From positions 51,991 to 115,990 of IMG/VR virus record IMGVR_UViG_3300026512_000005: a stretch of DNA of 64,000 nucleotides; one strand, 5' to 3'. Shown here piece after piece: positions 60,219-64,000 of the stretch (position 1 is its first letter; every line of letters begins with the position of its first letter). The notes below the pieces were generated by a model. The model saw nothing but the letters and a program-made list of their open reading frames with translations, searched no databases and had not been told where the DNA came from. The translations under genes and the position numbers were made by a program. The stretch comes from a virus.

Positions 60219-62033
60219 ATGTTATTTACAATACCTGCATGGCAAAATAGTGGAGAATTGAAACATGAAAAAACTACGTGGTATCTGACACGTGATAAAG
60301 ATGGTAAAGATGTTGAGTTAAAGGAAGTTGAAAGTAAAGATAATCTTTTGGCTTGGGACCCAGATGTTGTAATTCCAACTGGTGAAATATGGTATATAAA
60401 GGCTTTAAGACATCTTATAGATGCTGAAGGTAAGGTTATTAATAATCACCACTGGATAGGTCCTAAACCTGTGTTTAATGAAGAATCAAATATTAATGAT
60501 TACTTAGCACCTAAGTTCCATGTTAAGGAAACTTATCTTACCAAACTAGAGTATGTACCTGGCAAGGGTTTAGATTTATCTTTTATACCTTTCAGTGGTA
60601 ATATTGGATATATAGATACACTAGTGAGTATATCAGATATGGACGGTAATATTTTAACAAATGATTATATAAATCTAGAAGATAGTCTCAACTATACAGT
60701 TAGCTCTAAAGTTATAGATTTTAGCAAATACGATATGTTAAAAGTGACTGTTGTTAATAGTGGTAAACATTCGACAATATCTCCTGCATATATCGAAACT
60801 ATTCACTTAAAACGTACCTATTATAGTGTATCAGGCAATAAGAATGATTTAGATGTAAACACTGAAAATGTTCTAACACTTAATAGTAAAAACACAGTAC
60901 CCATAGATATAAAAGCTGCTACTATTAAGACACCTGATGATAAAGTTATTTGTAACTGTGACGTCCGTAAGAATGATATAATCTTACCTACGACATTAAG
61001 TTATAACAATACTTATAAGGTGTATTTTAGGATAGAATATCACGATGAGAATAATGAAGTACAGGCTACTGAAGATGCTGTCTTTATAACTACTCGTGCT
61101 AATATAGAGCGAGATACCATAATAGTTAATTATGAGTATGAAAATACGTTAACGCTGTTAGAAAAATACAGTGCAGACGCACCATTAGCTAATACAGTCA
61201 GTACTAATATACACTATAATACAGAAGAGATGTTTAATAATCTAGTAGTAATGATGGGTAGTGATGACAAAAATCTAGATACGTACATAATGGATGATGA
61301 AAGTCATATTTTCAATGTTGTTAAAAATGATTTATTTAAATTAGAAGATGACTTTACCTTTAGACTAATCACCAAAACAAAAGCTATTGTACAATACTCT
61401 AATAATAAAGACGATACTTTAATGATTAGTATCATTGATTATAATCCATATACAAATAAAGCTAAAATATTGAAAACAATTAATCTAGACATACTATCTA
61501 AGTATAACGATTTAATTAAGTTTGCTGAGGTTAGTGAAGACGTTTATATTTCTGGTGTTAATAAAAAAGATAGTAAAAATATCTTGGTATATAAAATAGA
61601 CTTTGATAAGAACGATATTGTTAAAGTAAATGACTATACCGCAGAGTATACAATTACTGACATAACGTTAGCTACGTATAAGGATTCTGGATTTATTATA
61701 AATCTTATAGGTAAAGAATTATATAGAATGGTGATTTACAATGCTAACGATAATGACTTTATATTAAGTCTAGCGATACCAAGTACATTTATAAATAAGA
61801 AATATTACAGTACTAGAATGAAAAATGGTAATATACTAAATATTATTTCTGATGTAGAAACTGATAAAATTGAAACGTTTGTTCTTAATCTTAAAGAACA
61901 CAAAGTTGAAATGAGAACATTGGAGATAGAGAGAACAGCTAAAGTTAACAGTTTAATCAAACTTAAAAATGGTAACTATATTTTAAGATTAAAATGTAGT
62001 GATGATAAGATACATACTTACCTTTATAACTAA
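60219..62033 (+). CDS. Putative virion tail-associated protein (Ig-like N-terminus, beta-propeller-like C-terminus)
   Basis: H..T.W N-terminal motif; beta-rich repeats ending MKNGNI and LKNGNY; upstream of the tail sheath gene. Confidence 0.45.
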   Translation: MLFTIPAWQNSGELKHEKTTWYLTRDKDGKDVELKEVESKDNLLAWDPDVVIPTGEIWYIKALRHLIDAEGKVINNHHWIGPKPVFNEESNINDYLAPKFHVKETYLTKLEYVPGKGLDLSFIPFSGNIGYIDTLVSISDMDGNILTNDYINLEDSLNYTVSSKVIDFSKYDMLKVTVVNSGKHSTISPAYIETIHLKRTYYSVSGNKNDLDVNTENVLTLNSKNTVPIDIKAATIKTPDDKVICNCDVRKNDIILPTTLSYNNTYKVYFRIEYHDENNEVQATEDAVFITTRANIERDTIIVNYEYENTLTLLEKYSADAPLANTVSTNIHYNTEEMFNNLVVMMGSDDKNLDTYIMDDESHIFNVVKNDLFKLEDDFTFRLITKTKAIVQYSNNKDDTLMISIIDYNPYTNKAKILKTINLDILSKYNDLIKFAEVSEDVYISGVNKKDSKNILVYKIDFDKNDIVKVNDYTAEYTITDITLATYKDSGFIINLIGKELYRMVIYNANDNDFILSLAIPSTFINKKYYSTRMKNGNILNIISDVETDKIETFVLNLKEHKVEMRTLEIERTAKVNSLIKLKNGNYILRLKCSDDKIHTYLYN

Positions 62034-62129
62034 TTTTTTTTATATGGATACCCAATAGGGTGTCTGTATATTTTTTTTAAGTTATCCTATGATATAAAAA
62101 ATCAAAAATAGAATAGAGAAGGATAGTCA

Positions 62130-64000
62130 ATGAGTTTTGCTATTGTGAATGGAGCTCCACAAGATATTAATCTTGGTGCTCACGATATGAGTATAAAACC
62201 ACAACCACCTAAACCGATAACAGTTTCGACACACACGTCGTTATGTTTTGGTTTTGCTGTTTCTGGTCCTGTTGGAACAAAAGAATATGTAGACGGAGGT
62301 CGCCTTGTAGCTTTGTACGGAGGTGATACTTTCGATAGAACTTTACCATACTTTACACACGGTGCACGTATGGCTGAGATTGTATCATCTGCCGGTAACG
62401 CATTAATGTTTGTTAGAATTATTCCTGAGGATAATGATACTATTGCTAATGTTACTATCTACTTAGATATTATCAAAGATACTATTCCAGTATGGAAACG
62501 TAACAATGATGGTAGTTATGCTTTTGATAATGATGGAGAACGTATTAAAGACAAAGATATTACTGGTTATCGTATTAAAGTAATCTCTGAAGTAAACAAA
62601 GACGATATCCTAACACCAATAGGTGCTAAGACATCTAAAAATGGTTATATGAAAGATAAGGATGGTAACGTATCTACTATGATACCTGTATTAGAGCAAC
62701 GTGCTTCTTATAAGGGTGCTAAATCTAATAACTATGGGTTCACTATTACTGTACCGTCTGAGGAAGATTTACGTGAGTCTATTAAAGATTATAATCTATG
62801 TTTACCGTATGAGTATGGTATTGTAAAACGTGCCGATGAAGATTCAACTGGTTATTTTATTAAAAATACAAACGGTACAGTATTTGACCAATTTGTCTTT
62901 AACCCAAATGGTATTGACGGGTTGACTGGTGCCAAAGCATCTTTTCAAAATGTTGTTAAAAAGTGGTACAGTACTAATGATCCTCTGAAAGATTTAGTTT
63001 ATCCTGTATTAGATAAACCTTATGTTTATCAGAAAAACCTTGATGATATTCTTGGTAAACTATTAAGTACTGAAAAAGCTTATTATAACAAAACTATTAA
63101 AACGAAAGATGGTTCTAAATATAATACTATCAGTTGGTTAGATTTTGTAACTTCAGCACCTATCGGTAAGCAAGCTGGTCTATTAAATCCTTTTACTGGT
63201 CTATCTAGTAAACGTATTCCTTATTTCACTTTCGCTATTGACGATAGTGTTATAACTCTAAAGGATAATCACAAAGAAGTGTATTGTAGTAAATCAACTC
63301 CTATTTATTTAGGTGGTGGTAAAGACGGTACTCTTACTAAAGAAAACTTTGAGAAAGGTGTTTCTAGATATATGGAGAAATTCCTAGATAAAAATAGTGA
63401 AGTTATGGACCCAGCTATAAACATCGAAAACACCCTTTATGATAGTGGTTATAATCTTCCTGTTAAGAAGGACTTAGTTAACTTTATTTCTGTTAGAAAG
63501 AATACATTCTTAGGGTTAGCTACACATATTGATGATGGCGATAAATATAAAACACTTGATGAAGAACGTGCTATTGGTGTTGTATTAAAAACAAGATTAG
63601 CTTTAGCTCCTGAGTCTACTTTCTTTAGTACACCTGTTACTAGGGGTATTGTTGTAGCTGGTTCTGGTTTAGATAGTCTAGACCCTTCTAATAAACGCTA
63701 TACGCTACTTATGGATATTGTTTATAAAACAGCACGTATGATGGGTGGTAGTAAATGGAATAAAAACTTACTATTTGATAGTGGTGGTAAAAACCTTATT
63801 ACTAATTATAGTGATATACAACCTAACTTTGTGCCTGCTGGTATAAAAGCTACCCTGTGGAATGTTGGACTCATCTGGCCACAATGGTATGATAGAAGTA
63901 CACCATATTGGCCTGCAATGCAATCTGTGTATGATAATGATACTTCTGTATTAAATAACTTATTCGCTGCTATTGCTTTAACTGTTGACAATAATGTTGC
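62130..64000 (+). CDS. Tail sheath protein (phiKZ gp29-like); 3' end runs off the window
   Basis: Absent from the ORF track. Hand translation MSFAIVNGAPQDINLGAHDMS...GP...LYG..TFD, later LGGGKDG, YDSGY, PES..F.TP..RG and PAMQSVYDNDTSVLN. Confidence 0.85.
   Translation, partial: MSFAIVNGAPQDINLGAHDMSIKPQPPKPITVSTHTSLCFGFAVSGPVGTKEYVDGGRLVALYGGDTFDRTLPYFTHGARMAEIVSSAGNALMFVRIIPEDNDTIANVTIYLDIIKDTIPVWKRNNDGSYAFDNDGERIKDKDITGYRIKVISEVNKDDILTPIGAKTSKNGYMKDKDGNVSTMIPVLEQRASYKGAKSNNYGFTITVPSEEDLRESIKDYNLCLPYEYGIVKRADEDSTGYFIKNTNGTVFDQFVFNPNGIDGLTGAKASFQNVVKKWYSTNDPLKDLVYPVLDKPYVYQKNLDDILGKLLSTEKAYYNKTIKTKDGSKYNTISWLDFVTSAPIGKQAGLLNPFTGLSSKRIPYFTFAIDDSVITLKDNHKEVYCSKSTPIYLGGGKDGTLTKENFEKGVSRYMEKFLDKNSEVMDPAINIENTLYDSGYNLPVKKDLVNFISVRKNTFLGLATHIDDGDKYKTLDEERAIGVVLKTRLALAPESTFFSTPVTRGIVVAGSGLDSLDPSNKRYTLLMDIVYKTARMMGGSKWNKNLLFDSGGKNLITNYSDIQPNFVPAGIKATLWNVGLIWPQWYDRSTPYWPAMQSVYDNDTSVLNNLFAAIALTVDNNV

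Noticed and set aside
800-63991. Many antisense ORFs in the track (e.g. 800-1120, 18133-18639, 28453-28974, 55587-56291, 63806-63991)
   Set aside because: They are shadows of long genes on the opposite strand, with S/I/L-rich composition and no RBS.
1-64000. Stop-codon reassignment (alternative genetic code)
   Set aside because: Core genes are full length in the standard code, and TAG, TAA and TGA all end genes cleanly.

Overview
A 64-kb, very AT-rich segment of a nucleus-forming jumbo phage (phiKZ-like, Chimalliviridae) in the standard genetic code. It encodes chimallin (ChmA, 34337-36172) and the conserved SbcD / ChmC-like / gp68-like / PicA-like / gp70-like / non-virion RNAP beta block (1-11031). 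It also has a virion head/baseplate block (11074-29724), a divergent family-B DNA polymerase, an SF2 helicase, a MYG1 nuclease, the portal, a virion RNAP beta C-terminal subunit, UvsX/RecA and the 5' part of the tail sheath. Four things stand out. (1) A ~470-nt multi-branched structured non-coding RNA candidate (7825-8300, minus strand) lies next to the ChmC-like RNA-binding gene, with its own TATG start motif, a terminator and an anti-RBS segment. (2) A membrane-anchored c-type cytochrome (CxxCH) is encoded directly behind a holin-like gene. (3) A GC-rich structured non-coding island (45255-45490) sits beside a TA-rich tract. (4) There is a genome-wide family of early promoters and palindromic terminators. 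phiKZ gene-number equivalences come from remembered motifs and synteny, not from searches. No tRNA, rRNA, CRISPR array or mobile element was recognised.
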